A DNA stretch of 64,000 nt from contig CAIWMA010000009.1 of the NCBI GenBank assembly GCA_903913645.1, positions 319 through 64,318 of the forward strand, written 5' to 3'. The notes beneath the pieces were generated by a model. The model was not told where the DNA came from. It saw only the letters and a program-made list of their open reading frames with translations, and made no database searches. Shown one piece after another: positions 29,794 to 40,136 of the stretch. Positions within the stretch are counted from its first letter, which is position 1; each line of letters opens with the position of its first letter. Source of the stretch: an uncultured Bacteroidales bacterium (lineage in GTDB: Bacteria; Bacteroidota; Bacteroidia; Bacteroidales; UBA4417). Position numbers and translations under genes: made by a program.

Positions 29794-30783
29794 TTATAAA
29801 GTTGATGGTTTGTCATTATCGTTCAGTCTCAAATTTGCCCATTCCTTTTGTTTTTCTATGCTGAGAAATGTCCAGGCCACTATACGGCTTATTTTATTCC
29901 CCTGGCCCATCGGAATAGTTTCAACTTCGAACGGATCTGCTTTTCGCAACGAATTATATACACTTGAAAGATTTGATTCTTTCGAAATTAAAGTTGAAAA
30001 CCAGCAACACGATTGGGAAAATTGTTTGCTTTCGCGGACCATTTCATCCACAAACCGCAATTCACCGCCTTCGCACCACAATTCACTATTCTGCCCGCCA
30101 AAGTTCAGGACCGGCTTGTTTGGTTTTTTGTTTGTCAGATTACTTAGCTTACGGACCGTTCCTGAACGTGCTTCAGCCAGTGAAGAATGAAACGGAGGAT
30201 TGCAGATTGTCAGATCGAAACGCTCATCTTTTCCAATGATCCCGCGAAAAATATCTTTTGGATTATTCTGTAGCCGGAGCTCAATCTTTCCCTTTAACGA
30301 AGAATTTAATTCAATTATTTTATTGGCCGAATCAATAGCAACCGGGTCAATTTCTGTTCCGGTAAATTTCCAGCCATATTCGCTGACTCCAATGATCGGA
30401 TACACGCAATTTGCGCCAACGCCAATGTCAAGGCACTTTATACTTTCTCCTATGGGTATAACACCCTTATTTTTACCGCCCAATAAATCGGCAATATAGT
30501 GAATGTAATCCGCTCTTCCTGGAATTGGCGGACACAAATAATTTTGAGGTATATCCCAGTAATCAATGGCATAAAAGTGCTTGAGGAGAGCTTTATTGAG
30601 CATTTTTACAGCATCAGGATTAAAAAAGTCAATCGATTCGTCATTGTACTTATTGAGCGAAACAAACCTGGCTAATTCAGGACAACTAGATATAAGTTGT
30701 TTGAAATCATAGCGTTCACGATGTTTATTTCGCTGATGCAATTGAGCTTTTTCTTTCGGATGTTCTCTCTTTTTGGAAAGCAT
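29794..30783 (-). CDS. rlmF: 23S rRNA (adenine1618-N6)-methyltransferase
   Basis: 329 aa. RlmF/YbiN-type N-terminus (HQRNKHRERYDF), LCPPIPGRADYIHYIADLL, SAM-binding LDIGVGANCVYP, and catalytic NPPFH. Confidence 0.88.
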   Translation of the reverse strand: MLSKKREHPKEKAQLHQRNKHRERYDFKQLISSCPELARFVSLNKYNDESIDFFNPDAVKMLNKALLKHFYAIDYWDIPQNYLCPPIPGRADYIHYIADLLGGKNKGVIPIGESIKCLDIGVGANCVYPIIGVSEYGWKFTGTEIDPVAIDSANKIIELNSSLKGKIELRLQNNPKDIFRGIIGKDERFDLTICNPPFHSSLAEARSGTVRKLSNLTNKKPNKPVLNFGGQNSELWCEGGELRFVDEMVRESKQFSQSCCWFSTLISKESNLSSVYNSLRKADPFEVETIPMGQGNKISRIVAWTFLSIEKQKEWANLRLNDNDKPSTL

Positions 30784-30966
30784 GGAATAAAGTCAGTTCA
30801 TTGGTTTGATATTCAAATCCCTACGGCGCTCAGAAGCTATATTTATAAGGCTCAAATGCTTCACGTTCAACAGTTCAAAGGCTCACTACTTCTTGTTTCC
30901 CATCTCTTCGTCTCTTAGTCCCTCAGTCGATTCCAAAAGTTTACGATTTTATAATTATTGTAAATT

Positions 30967-32109
30967 CTAAAAGCCGTGCAGATTTATACTTTCATAATCG
31001 ATCATAGTTACCCACTTTCCCATTTTCTTTTGAATAACTTTAAAGTGGTCTTTATCGTCAGGTGCTATAAACGAAATGGCTTCACCGGGAGACTCAGCGC
31101 GGCCGGTTCTGCCGATTCTGTGAATATACTCTTTGGGAGAACGTGGTAACTCGTAATTGATAACGTGAGGTAAAAACTGAATGTCAATACCACGTGATAT
31201 CAGGTCGGTTGCAACTAAAACACGCAGTTTGCCTGATTTAAATTCCTCTAAAGCATCAGTACGTGATCCCTGGCTCTTTTTACTGTGAATAGCCATGGCA
31301 TCAATTCCGTTTTTCCTGAGTTTATCCACCACATTGTCAGCGGAATATATTGATGAAGTAAAAACCAAAACCTGTTTCAGATCATTGTGTTTGATCAGAT
31401 AACGGAGCAATGGTCCCTTTTTTTCATTAGATACAAAATATGCAAGTTGTGTGATCAGGTCAATATTTTCAACTTCAGATTCAATTTTTATAACCAAAGG
31501 ATCATGCAAAAGCATTTGGTTAATGTTGTTCACATCATCACTCAGTGTCGCCGAAAACAAAAGATTTTGACGCTTCTCAGGCAGAAGCGCAAAAATTCGG
31601 GTCATTTCTTCTTTAAAACCAAGATTGAGCATCTTATCGGCTTCGTCGAGTACCAATGTTTCAATAGTGGATAAGTGAACTGCATTGGATTCAACCAGTT
31701 CCAACAACCTGCCTGGAGTAGCAATCAGAACATTAACACCAGGCATTGCCATCATTTGCGGGTTGATAGAAACACCGCCAAAAACAGCCAGCGTTTTCAC
31801 AGGCTTTGGAAGTCCCACGCTGAACACCCGGAATACTTCGCGCACCTGCACTGCAAGCTCTCGTGTAGGCACTAATACCAGAACATTGACATTCCTACTA
31901 CGGGAAGCTGGAACAGCCTGTAGGTTCATCAAAAGCGGTAAAACATAACCGGCAGTTTTTCCTGATCCGGTTGGAGCAATACCAAGTACATCCTTCCTGT
32001 TAATTATGGCAGGTATAGTCTCTCGCTGAATAGGATAAGGCTGAGCGTAATTTTGACCGGCCAATGCTTTTAATAATGATGGCGCTAAGCCGAAAGAAGT
32101 AAAAGGCAT
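30967..32109 (-). CDS. DEAD-box ATP-dependent RNA helicase
   Basis: Q motif region (FTSFGL...PYPIQ), motif I APTGSGKTA, DEAD, SAT and HRIGRTGRA. ATG 32109 (MPFTSFGL) is preferred over the longer track ORF starting at 32220. Confidence 0.9.
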   Translation of the reverse strand: MPFTSFGLAPSLLKALAGQNYAQPYPIQRETIPAIINRKDVLGIAPTGSGKTAGYVLPLLMNLQAVPASRSRNVNVLVLVPTRELAVQVREVFRVFSVGLPKPVKTLAVFGGVSINPQMMAMPGVNVLIATPGRLLELVESNAVHLSTIETLVLDEADKMLNLGFKEEMTRIFALLPEKRQNLLFSATLSDDVNNINQMLLHDPLVIKIESEVENIDLITQLAYFVSNEKKGPLLRYLIKHNDLKQVLVFTSSIYSADNVVDKLRKNGIDAMAIHSKKSQGSRTDALEEFKSGKLRVLVATDLISRGIDIQFLPHVINYELPRSPKEYIHRIGRTGRAESPGEAISFIAPDDKDHFKVIQKKMGKWVTMIDYESINLHGF

Positions 32110-32371
32110 GATTTTTTGATTGTTATGGATTTGGATAAGTTTCCGTTGGCAAAGGTAAAGGAAATAGCCATGATACTTAACTCTCAGATAATTTGATATT
32201 TCCTGTAAGTTGGCGTTCACTGTGGCTACCCGGACTAAGTGCAGGAATCAAGAAAACAAATCAAAGGAATCTAACATTCAACTAACATAAAAAATACCCC
32301 GTCAGGTAGTACTGGCAGAGTATTTTGATGTTTAGAACCTTGTTTTCATGTCTAAAGGTCGCGCCGGCAAG

Positions 32372-33817
32372 CTATTGTATCACAATTTTTTTTGCATGAA
32401 TTTCGGTACCATCGTACACTTCTATGAAATAAACTCCTTTTTGAAATTTGGAAAGATCAATTTCATTTAGCTTTTCCTGGTCCGGAAAATCTTTTGAATA
32501 AACCTGTTTCCCTATTAAATTGTATACTACAACCTGTTTAATACCGGTTTCGTAGCGCACCTTGAATTTCCCATCCGATGGATTTGGAAAAATAGACAAA
32601 TTATTTTCCGGCACCATTTTGGGGAGCCCGGCGTATAAAATCGGTTGGGACTTAAATTGGATTTCATCTATTATCAGATACGAACCGACTGATGAAACCA
32701 AGGTGTCGTTCCAGTATGAAGATTGTATGTTTACAATTACAGTATCAGGTGCCTGCCATAAATTGAAAGGCATTTCAACAAACTGATAATCTGCAGAAGC
32801 ATGAAGCGTTCTTGATTTCCAAGCCACGCTATTTCCATTCTTTTTGAAATTCAAAAATACTATTGCTGAATCATCAGATGAAGGATAATATTTATACCAG
32901 AATGTCAGGACATCATTCATTTGAGAATATTTATTACCGCCAAGTTCATTGCAATTATTACTGCAGTTTTTGGGATAATATCCGGTTGCAAGTTGTCCTG
33001 CCCGGGCTTCAGGATTGTTATTCTGATCTGTGCCCAGATAGGTGACCAATTTAACGGCATAGTCGCCTTTTTTAGCATCCGTTGTTCTGCTTATTACCGA
33101 ACTTTCTCCATTAATGTACCAATTGGCAGGCGTATAAGACGTTTGACTATCCCATGCTTCAAAATCGCCATTCATCTTATCCGGCTGACTGACTACCCCG
33201 GTAAAAGAAACGTAATCAATTGTCAGAATACTTCCTGCGACACCATTTTGTTTTACCATGATATTACTGGATGTAACACCAAAAATAACGGAATCGGGAG
33301 CCTCAGAGAGTGGTGGATTAAAAACAGAATTAAACTGAACATAATCGGAATGAACACCTCCAAAATTAAACATATACGTTTTGAGATGAACCCCTCCCTT
33401 GCTGAATACCACAAAAATCGTTGCTGAATCGCCGGTTGCCTTGTTGTATTTATAATATCCGGTAATCCCTGTAGGAATCTGATCAAAAGGAATCCCTCCA
33501 GTCCATGCATCGGGGTTACCATTTTGGGGATTTGTGTTTATGAAATAACCAATAGCTGTATCAGCACCTGAAGCAACCGTTTTGATTTGAACCGCATAGC
33601 TCCCATGGTAAGCCGGTGTTGTTTTTATAACATTAGAAGGCATTGAAGTTTGATATCGGTAAAGTAAATCATAATTGGAGGTATACGGATAATGTAGCGG
33701 AAAATCATACGTAACCGGATTCCATGTTTCAAAGTTCCCATTGGGGATGGAGTAGGTTTGTCCATTCGCTGAAAAAGCAAAATAAGCCAGAGAAAATAAG
33801 AGTAAAAATTTTTTCAT
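32372..33817 (-). CDS. secreted T9SS cargo protein with two PCMD-like domains and a type A C-terminal sorting domain
   Basis: 481 aa with a signal peptide. It has two internal repeats, each opening with NGNFETW / NGDFEAW. The C-terminus is LSIFPNPSDGKF...GVYFIEV...KKIVIQ (Por secretion tail). Confidence 0.8.
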   Translation of the reverse strand: MKKFLLLFSLAYFAFSANGQTYSIPNGNFETWNPVTYDFPLHYPYTSNYDLLYRYQTSMPSNVIKTTPAYHGSYAVQIKTVASGADTAIGYFINTNPQNGNPDAWTGGIPFDQIPTGITGYYKYNKATGDSATIFVVFSKGGVHLKTYMFNFGGVHSDYVQFNSVFNPPLSEAPDSVIFGVTSSNIMVKQNGVAGSILTIDYVSFTGVVSQPDKMNGDFEAWDSQTSYTPANWYINGESSVISRTTDAKKGDYAVKLVTYLGTDQNNNPEARAGQLATGYYPKNCSNNCNELGGNKYSQMNDVLTFWYKYYPSSDDSAIVFLNFKKNGNSVAWKSRTLHASADYQFVEMPFNLWQAPDTVIVNIQSSYWNDTLVSSVGSYLIIDEIQFKSQPILYAGLPKMVPENNLSIFPNPSDGKFKVRYETGIKQVVVYNLIGKQVYSKDFPDQEKLNEIDLSKFQKGVYFIEVYDGTEIHAKKIVIQ

Positions 33818-34313
33818 TGCTTTGAATTTTTAGTACTCGATTGATTTTTCTGTTTCGCCCCGTTTTTAGAGTGGGTTCCGGACTCAACTTGTATTTAGTA
33901 TCTTTTTATGCGTTTTCCCACAATTGATCCAAAATGCAGTTTTTAATCTTGCCGGATTTGAACAGTTTGTTTTAATAATTGCTTAGCAATTCTAAAGAAA
34001 TAATTACTTTATGCAAATGATGCAATTAAGCATATCTAATATACGACGAATTAAAGGCAAAGACTACTAAAAATTATTGCAAAATATATTTTTAATTTAC
34101 ACTCCAATGCTATCAATGCATTCATTTGTCAACTTATGCTAATATTAAGTATATTTATTTTACATTTACTCAATAAATTAGCCATCTCATAAATCCTGAA
34201 TTGTATTGCTCCCAACTTGCGGTCAAATTCAAAAAGCAAATTGACACTATAAGATTGTATTCTGAATAAAAAAATGCTGATGCTTGTAGAAATTTCAGTT
34301 TCTTTGCAGAACA

Positions 34314-35150
34314 ATGTCGATATATATTTCATCAATAAATTCAGGAAGCAACGGGAACTGCTATTATATTGGAAATCAGCATGAAGCTGTATTAATAGAT
34401 GCCGGTTTATCCTGCCGCGAAACTGAGACCCGGATGAGCCACATAGGCTTGTCGTTGCATAAAGTAAAAGCTATTTTTATTTCGCACGAACACAGCGACC
34501 ATACCCGCGGCACTGGCGTTATTTCTCGCAAATACCGTATTCCAGTGTATTTTACGCCTGCCACACACGAAAATAGCAGGCTCCATATGGACAAAAGCCT
34601 GATCCGTTATTTCGAACCTTATTCACCTATAACTATTGGCGGACTTTCTGTGAATGCATTTCCTAAATTGCATGATGCAACGGAACCGCATAGTTTCACA
34701 GTTTCAGGTAACGGAATCACTATAGGCGTTCTCACGGATATCGGCTCAGTTTGTGAGCATGTGATCACTAATTTCAACCAGTGCCATGCTGTTTTTCTGG
34801 AAGCAAATTATGATGAAAAGATGCTTGAAGAAGGCTCTTATCCAGTTTATCTCAAAAATCGAATCCGTAGTGATCACGGGCATCTATCCAACCTTCAGTC
34901 GCTGGAACTTTTTACAAAGCACAAGTCTGCATTTTTAAGTCATTTGCTGCTTTCACATCTTTCGCAGGATAATAATGCCCCCCGGTTAGTGCATGATCTT
35001 TTCACAAAGCATGGTGGCGACACTTACATTTCAATTGCCTCCCGACACCAGGAAACAAAAGTGTATCACATCACAGGAGAGAAGAAGCAGGTTCAGGACA
35101 GGGAAATAGTAGATCCTCCCATTGTGCCACGTCAGATGAGATTATTTTAG
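34314..35150 (+). CDS. MBL-fold metallo-hydrolase
   Basis: 278 aa with the metal-binding motif SHEHSDH and downstream His/Asp ligands. Confidence 0.8.
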   Translation: MSIYISSINSGSNGNCYYIGNQHEAVLIDAGLSCRETETRMSHIGLSLHKVKAIFISHEHSDHTRGTGVISRKYRIPVYFTPATHENSRLHMDKSLIRYFEPYSPITIGGLSVNAFPKLHDATEPHSFTVSGNGITIGVLTDIGSVCEHVITNFNQCHAVFLEANYDEKMLEEGSYPVYLKNRIRSDHGHLSNLQSLELFTKHKSAFLSHLLLSHLSQDNNAPRLVHDLFTKHGGDTYISIASRHQETKVYHITGEKKQVQDREIVDPPIVPRQMRLF

Positions 35151-35225
35151 CAACTATTCAAAAAAAAACCACCCAGTTACAGGTGGCTTTTCTTAATCAA
35201 AATTAACTTTCCAAAAGAAAGATTG

Positions 35226-36563
35226 TTATAGAACGCCCTGGTCGAGCATAGCATTGGCAACTTTCAGGAAGCCGGCTATATTGGCGCCTTTTACGTAGTT
35301 TACATATCCATCAGGTTCTTTACCGTATTTCAGGCAAGCTGTATGGATATTGATCATGATCTGGTGCAGTTTCTGATCAACTTCGGCTGCAGGCCAGTTC
35401 AATTTCATCGAATTCTGGCTCATTTCGAGGCCTGAAGTAGCAACACCACCAGCGTTAGCAGCTTTACCAGGAGCAAACATAATTTTATTTTCCTGGAATA
35501 TTTCGATAGCTTCGGGAGTTGTAGGCATATTGGCACCTTCGCAAACGCACATACATCCGTTTTTAACAAGGGTCAATGCATCTTCTTTACCAAGTTCGTT
35601 TTGAGTTGCACAAGGCAGAGCGATGTCGCATTTAACTTCCCAGGGACGTTTTCCCTGAACAAACTGAGCATTCGGGAATTCGTAGGTATACGGTTTTACG
35701 ATATCCTGGTTCGAAGCACGAAGTTCAAGCATATAATTGATCTTTTCGCCGCTGATTCCTTCCGAATCGTAAACATATCCGTCAGGACCTGAAATGGTAA
35801 CAACTTTACCTCCGAGTTCGGTTACTTTTAGGGCAGCGCCCCAAGCAACATTTCCAAATCCTGAAATAGCAACGGTTTTGCCTTTAAAATCTGTTCCTTT
35901 AGTTCTGAGCATTTCCTGAGCGAAATATACGTTGCCGTAGCCAGTAGCTTCCGGGCGAACGAGACTTCCGCCCCAGTTGAGACCTTTACCTGTAAGAACG
36001 CCTGAATGTTCGCGTGCCAGTTTTTTGTACATTCCGTAAAGGAAGCCGATTTCACGACCACCAACACCTATATCGCCGGCAGGAACATCGGTTTCTGGTC
36101 CAATAATTCTCCAGAGTTCGAGCATGAACGACTGGCAGAAACGCATAACTTCAGTATTAGATTTTCCTTTGGGATCGAAATCGGATCCGCCCTTGGCACC
36201 ACCCATAGGAAGTGAAGTAAGGCTGTTTTTGAAAATCTGCTCGAAGCCTAAGAATTTCAGAATGCTAAGGTTTACCGAAGGGTGGAAACGAAGTCCGCCT
36301 TTGTAAGGTCCGATAGCGTTGTTGAATTGAATCCTGTAGGCGAGGTTTACATGAACCTTGCCATGGTCGTCGACCCAGGGAACTTTAATGGTGAGTATAC
36401 GATCAGGCTCAACCAGGCGGTTGACGATGCCTGCTGCCTCGAACTGAGGATTTTCATTGTAAACCTGTTCGATCGATTCCAAAACTTCACGAACGGCTTG
36501 TAAGTACTCTACTTCACCCGGGTGTTTTTTCTCCAGGTCAGTCATGATTTTTTCAACTTCCAT
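35226..36563 (-). CDS. gdhA: NADP-specific glutamate dehydrogenase
   Basis: Motifs GGAKGGSDFDPKG and GFGNVAW, and a GdhA-length product (445 aa) if started at ATG 36563 (MEVEKIM). The track's GTG at 36611 adds 16 unlikely residues. Confidence 0.92.
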   Translation of the reverse strand: MEVEKIMTDLEKKHPGEVEYLQAVREVLESIEQVYNENPQFEAAGIVNRLVEPDRILTIKVPWVDDHGKVHVNLAYRIQFNNAIGPYKGGLRFHPSVNLSILKFLGFEQIFKNSLTSLPMGGAKGGSDFDPKGKSNTEVMRFCQSFMLELWRIIGPETDVPAGDIGVGGREIGFLYGMYKKLAREHSGVLTGKGLNWGGSLVRPEATGYGNVYFAQEMLRTKGTDFKGKTVAISGFGNVAWGAALKVTELGGKVVTISGPDGYVYDSEGISGEKINYMLELRASNQDIVKPYTYEFPNAQFVQGKRPWEVKCDIALPCATQNELGKEDALTLVKNGCMCVCEGANMPTTPEAIEIFQENKIMFAPGKAANAGGVATSGLEMSQNSMKLNWPAAEVDQKLHQIMINIHTACLKYGKEPDGYVNYVKGANIAGFLKVANAMLDQGVL

Positions 36564-37064
36564 CACAAAGGAATTTAGGTTAAATATTATATTCTTGGCG
36601 TAAAATTGCACTCTGAATTACAGTGCAAAAGTATAATTTTAAGTATATCACTGAGTGTTTTATCCATATTTTTTTTCATTCCAAACAAGGCTCGTAAAAG
36701 TCGTTGGAAAGCTTGTTAATGCTCATGTATAGAGAATCCGGAATGTGAGAGAATTGCGGACGGGAATTATTAATAATGATTTTCGCTAAGTAATTTACAC
36801 TTTTTTGTGCGTAAGTTGGATTTAATACATACATTTAGTAATGCACTTTTGATAAGAGAATCCGCAAACGATTGCATTAACTTCTCAGAGAAATCTTTCT
36901 GCTGCACTTTTTTAGATTCGCCATTATGGATAAATCGTCAATTATCCTTCCTCTTTACCTGATAACAAAAATTCATTTTTCCAAAAAGCAAAAAAAAAGA
37001 CAGGTAAATTCGCAAAAAAAAAAGAAACAGCTATATGTGACTTATGGAACCAGTAAACTTAACC

Positions 37065-38906
37065 TTATTTGAAAATTATTCCCAAAGCATCCCGATGGTA
37101 CAATAGCATTTGAATATTTTCATCCTGAAGTTTTTGCAATTTCTTCCCGATATCAAGCCAGGATGCATCCAAAGAAATCACTTTGTTTTTAAAAGCTCCA
37201 ACTTGATCATATGTGTTATCGTACTCATTGGCCAAACACAAGCCAACATATGGCAATACTTGTTTTGGATCAAACATCAAACAGAGATTAAACAACTCTT
37301 CAGCAGGCTTAATCCGGGTAGTCTCCAATTCAATAAATCCCTGATGAATATTGTTTTTAATAAAGCCTGGTTCTAATTTCTTAACCTTCGAATAATCACT
37401 TTGGTATTTTTTCTTCTCTTTTGAGTTCATGTAGCAATAGGATCTATATGCATACAAATCAGCATTATTATGATTTTTTTCAATACATTTTGATAGATAT
37501 TCAATTGCTTCCCTGTACTGCTTCAGGTCGATATCTGCTTTCGCTATTTCCAGAAGTGCAATTGAATCGTTAGGCGCTTTTTCACAATATTGTTTGAGAT
37601 CATCAATTCCTCCTGTAAAATCCTTGCTTTCAATTTTTGTCAAACCCCTATTATACAGGCAAAATAATAAATTTGAGTCTAGCACCAATGCTTTGGAATA
37701 ATCCTGAATGGCTAAACTATACACTTTCATGCCTCGATATATCAAAGCCCTGCTGAAAAACATGCCAACCTCAGTTGAATCAAGTGCGATTGCTTTTTCG
37801 TAGTCTTCAAAAATCCCTTCGTAATTTCCCAATTCCTGGTTCATCAGAATTTTTGACCTGAGAACATCAACATCATCAGGTTTTATTTCCAATATCTTTT
37901 CATAATATGTCAAAGCCTTAATTTTGTCGCCACTGAGCAAATTCGCCTGCGCTATAAAAAGATAGGCTTCAATAAAAAGCGAATCAAAATTGATTGCGGT
38001 TTCATATTCAACGATGGCTGAAACATAATCACCCTGAGCAAAATATGTATGTCCAAGATTGAAATATAGCCTTGAATCTTGCGGATTTAGTTTAACAGCC
38101 TTCAAATAATAATACCTTGAGTTTTCAAAATCATTGCGGTTATATAAAACCATCCCCAGATTGGCAAAGGGCTCAAAATGCGTAGAATCTAATGAAACCG
38201 CTTTGACAATATCTTTCTCAGCATCATCTGTCAAATCCAATTTAAGATTTATTATACTCCGAAAATCATATGCATCATAAAGATCAGGCTTAAGTTCAAT
38301 AACTTTATCAATTTCAATAAGAGCAGGCGAATATTTGTTCAAATAATAATAAGAATATGCAAGGTTCATATATGCAATATAATTAGCTGAATCCAATGCA
38401 ATACAAACCGAATATTGATCAATTGCTTTTTCATAATCCTTTAATTCCAGGTAGCAATTACCCATTTTATTATGTGATAAATAAAGTGAATTGCTAAATT
38501 TAATACTTGAAGCAAAATCTTCAATCGCCAGTTCATAGTTTTCTAATTTCTGATTGATCAAGGCTCTTTTGAAATAACTTTCGCCGTTTGCTGAGTTTAT
38601 TTTCAGCGCTATGGTGTAGTCTATCAATGCAGAATCATACTTCTGGATGGAGTCATAAATCCCGGCACGTAACAAATAAACTGCTTCATGCTGTGGATGT
38701 TTATTTATGGATTTTGAATAAAAAAATATCTTTTCCTGCAGCGACTGGCTCTTTATCCCTTTTTTGCACCATCGGTCATTCTGAGCATTCAAAATCGATG
38801 GGAACAGGAAAATGCTGAAAATAATAACCAGGCTGAACCTCTTGCAGAATGATTTAAAAAAGGATGTTTCAGTTATTTTGAATTCGCGAAATGTATTCAT
38901 AATCAA
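37065..38906 (-). CDS. tetratricopeptide-repeat (TPR) protein with N-terminal membrane anchor or signal
   Basis: 613 aa. More than 12 consecutive 34-residue TPR-like units (A..Y/F..A...P pattern) after a hydrophobic N-terminal segment. Confidence 0.75.
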   Translation of the reverse strand: MIMNTFREFKITETSFFKSFCKRFSLVIIFSIFLFPSILNAQNDRWCKKGIKSQSLQEKIFFYSKSINKHPQHEAVYLLRAGIYDSIQKYDSALIDYTIALKINSANGESYFKRALINQKLENYELAIEDFASSIKFSNSLYLSHNKMGNCYLELKDYEKAIDQYSVCIALDSANYIAYMNLAYSYYYLNKYSPALIEIDKVIELKPDLYDAYDFRSIINLKLDLTDDAEKDIVKAVSLDSTHFEPFANLGMVLYNRNDFENSRYYYLKAVKLNPQDSRLYFNLGHTYFAQGDYVSAIVEYETAINFDSLFIEAYLFIAQANLLSGDKIKALTYYEKILEIKPDDVDVLRSKILMNQELGNYEGIFEDYEKAIALDSTEVGMFFSRALIYRGMKVYSLAIQDYSKALVLDSNLLFCLYNRGLTKIESKDFTGGIDDLKQYCEKAPNDSIALLEIAKADIDLKQYREAIEYLSKCIEKNHNNADLYAYRSYCYMNSKEKKKYQSDYSKVKKLEPGFIKNNIHQGFIELETTRIKPAEELFNLCLMFDPKQVLPYVGLCLANEYDNTYDQVGAFKNKVISLDASWLDIGKKLQKLQDENIQMLLYHRDALGIIFK

Positions 38907-39013
38907 TAATTTAAAAAAAATTATTATATTTGAGAATTACTAACTTAAATTTTGAACAATACAAAATTCTCTTACTAAAATATTGTGACTCCGATAGTAA
39001 AAGTACGAATATA

Positions 39014-39054
39014 CAAATAAACAAGGCTCAAATTCTTGTGAGATTTGAGCCTTG
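39014..39054 (-). terminator. Rho-independent terminator after rlmB
   Basis: 12-bp stem: caaggctcaaat (39022-39033) pairs with atttgagccttg (39043-39054). On the minus strand it is followed by TTTATTTG. Confidence 0.7.
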
Positions 39055-39163
39055 CAATTTCATAAAACCAATCGAAAAAACTTAGGCTTAATTATCTGTA
39101 GCAGAAGTCAATTCCTAGATCGGCATATTAATTTTCGGAAAGCAACTTTTTCCGTTAAATGCC

Positions 39164-39931
39164 TTATTTGTTGCGTTGCCTTAGCGCTTCAAAAACAATT
39201 ATTCCTGCTGCTACCGAAACATTCAATGAACCGATTGTTCCCAGTAAAGGTATTTTAATCCTTTCATCGCAAAGTTTAAGGTATTCGGGCGAAATTCCGT
39301 CCTCTTCCGATCCGAGGATAAAGGCAACAGGTCCAGTTAGATCTGTGGTTCCATAATCGGTGCTGCCATGTTCTGTAACTCCAATAAGATGAACTCCCGA
39401 ATCTTTAAGATAACTTAAAGTGTCTTTAAGGTTTGGGCTGCGATGAACAGGAACCAGGTTAAGGGCTCCGGCAGATGTTTTAACCGCATCAGCATTTACC
39501 TGCGCACTACCCCGAGAAGGAATTATCAATGCATCAACTCCGGCACATTCGGCACTACGGGCTATTGCACCAAAATTACGCACATCCGTAATCCGATCCA
39601 GAACAATAAACATCGGCTGTTTGCCCGATTCAAACGTGTCTAAAATAATAGACTCAATAGGCTGGTATTCTATCATCGAAACAAAAGCCACAATTCCCTG
39701 GTGGTTCGCCTTTGTGAAGGAATCAAGTTTTTCGTTCGGGACTTTCTGCATTGGGATTTCAAGTTTTTCGGCAGCCGCAGTTATTTCACGAACCTGTGGA
39801 TTTCGCAACTCCCGCGACAGCAATATTTTTTCAATATCTTTCCCTGCATTAAGCGCTTCAAGAATAGGATGTATTCCGTAAATCAGGTTTTCCGGTTGCT
39901 TTCGTGGGCCTTTAAAGTGTTTTTCGTACAT
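39164..39931 (-). CDS. rlmB: 23S rRNA (guanosine2251-2'-O)-methyltransferase (SpoU/TrmH family)
   Basis: 255 aa. N-terminal SpoU substrate-binding domain (IYGIHPILEAL) and C-terminal SPOUT motifs (LDRITDVRNFGAIARSA, FILGSEEDGIS, IPLLGTIGSLNVSVAAGI). Confidence 0.88.
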   Translation of the reverse strand: MYEKHFKGPRKQPENLIYGIHPILEALNAGKDIEKILLSRELRNPQVREITAAAEKLEIPMQKVPNEKLDSFTKANHQGIVAFVSMIEYQPIESIILDTFESGKQPMFIVLDRITDVRNFGAIARSAECAGVDALIIPSRGSAQVNADAVKTSAGALNLVPVHRSPNLKDTLSYLKDSGVHLIGVTEHGSTDYGTTDLTGPVAFILGSEEDGISPEYLKLCDERIKIPLLGTIGSLNVSVAAGIIVFEALRQRNK

Positions 39932-40102
39932 ATGTTTTTTGAGGGATTGGGGGTTAGGATTTGGGTTTTAGAGTTGTTAAGAATGGAGTTCCATTCGACA
40001 TTCCATTGTCATTCGGTTTTTTGGAGTTTGGTACTTCAGGTTTTGCTTCCAATTTTAAGATTCCAAACCCGGCAACATTTTATTCATAATATTAACTATT
40101 CA

Positions 40103-40132
40103 TTTTTCACTTTTTATTTTCTCACTTTTCAC
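40103..40132 (-). repeat. post-stop simple-sequence element (GTGAAAAG family)
   Basis: The minus strand reads TAGTGAAAAGTGAGAAAATAAAAAGTGAAAAATG immediately after the GWxTD gene stop (40137-40139). Confidence 0.65.
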
Positions 40133-40136
40133 TAAA

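Noticed and set aside
32921-33427. 168-aa antisense ORF inside the T9SS cargo gene
   Set aside because: It is a shadow ORF opposite a gene with a clear signal peptide, repeats and CTD.
33818-34313. About 500-bp AT-rich spacer upstream of the T9SS cargo gene as a possible invertible promoter or ncRNA
   Set aside because: I found no flanking inverted repeats of the kind seen at Bacteroidota invertons, only a short aattgc/gcaatt pair. There is no recognisable RNA motif, so nothing supports a call.
17020-36611. 5'-extended starts given by the ORF track for murF (17020), the 27041 membrane protein, the DEAD-box helicase (32220), gdhA (36611) and crp (49656)
   Set aside because: The extensions use TTG or GTG codons and translate spacer, terminator or low-complexity sequence. 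Family-typical N-termini begin at internal ATGs (17047, 27128, 32109, 36563, 49692).
39701-40135. 144-aa plus-strand ORF running from inside rlmB through the spacer
   Set aside because: It is antisense to rlmB and then translates the low-complexity G/T-rich spacer repeats, so it is not credible as a protein.
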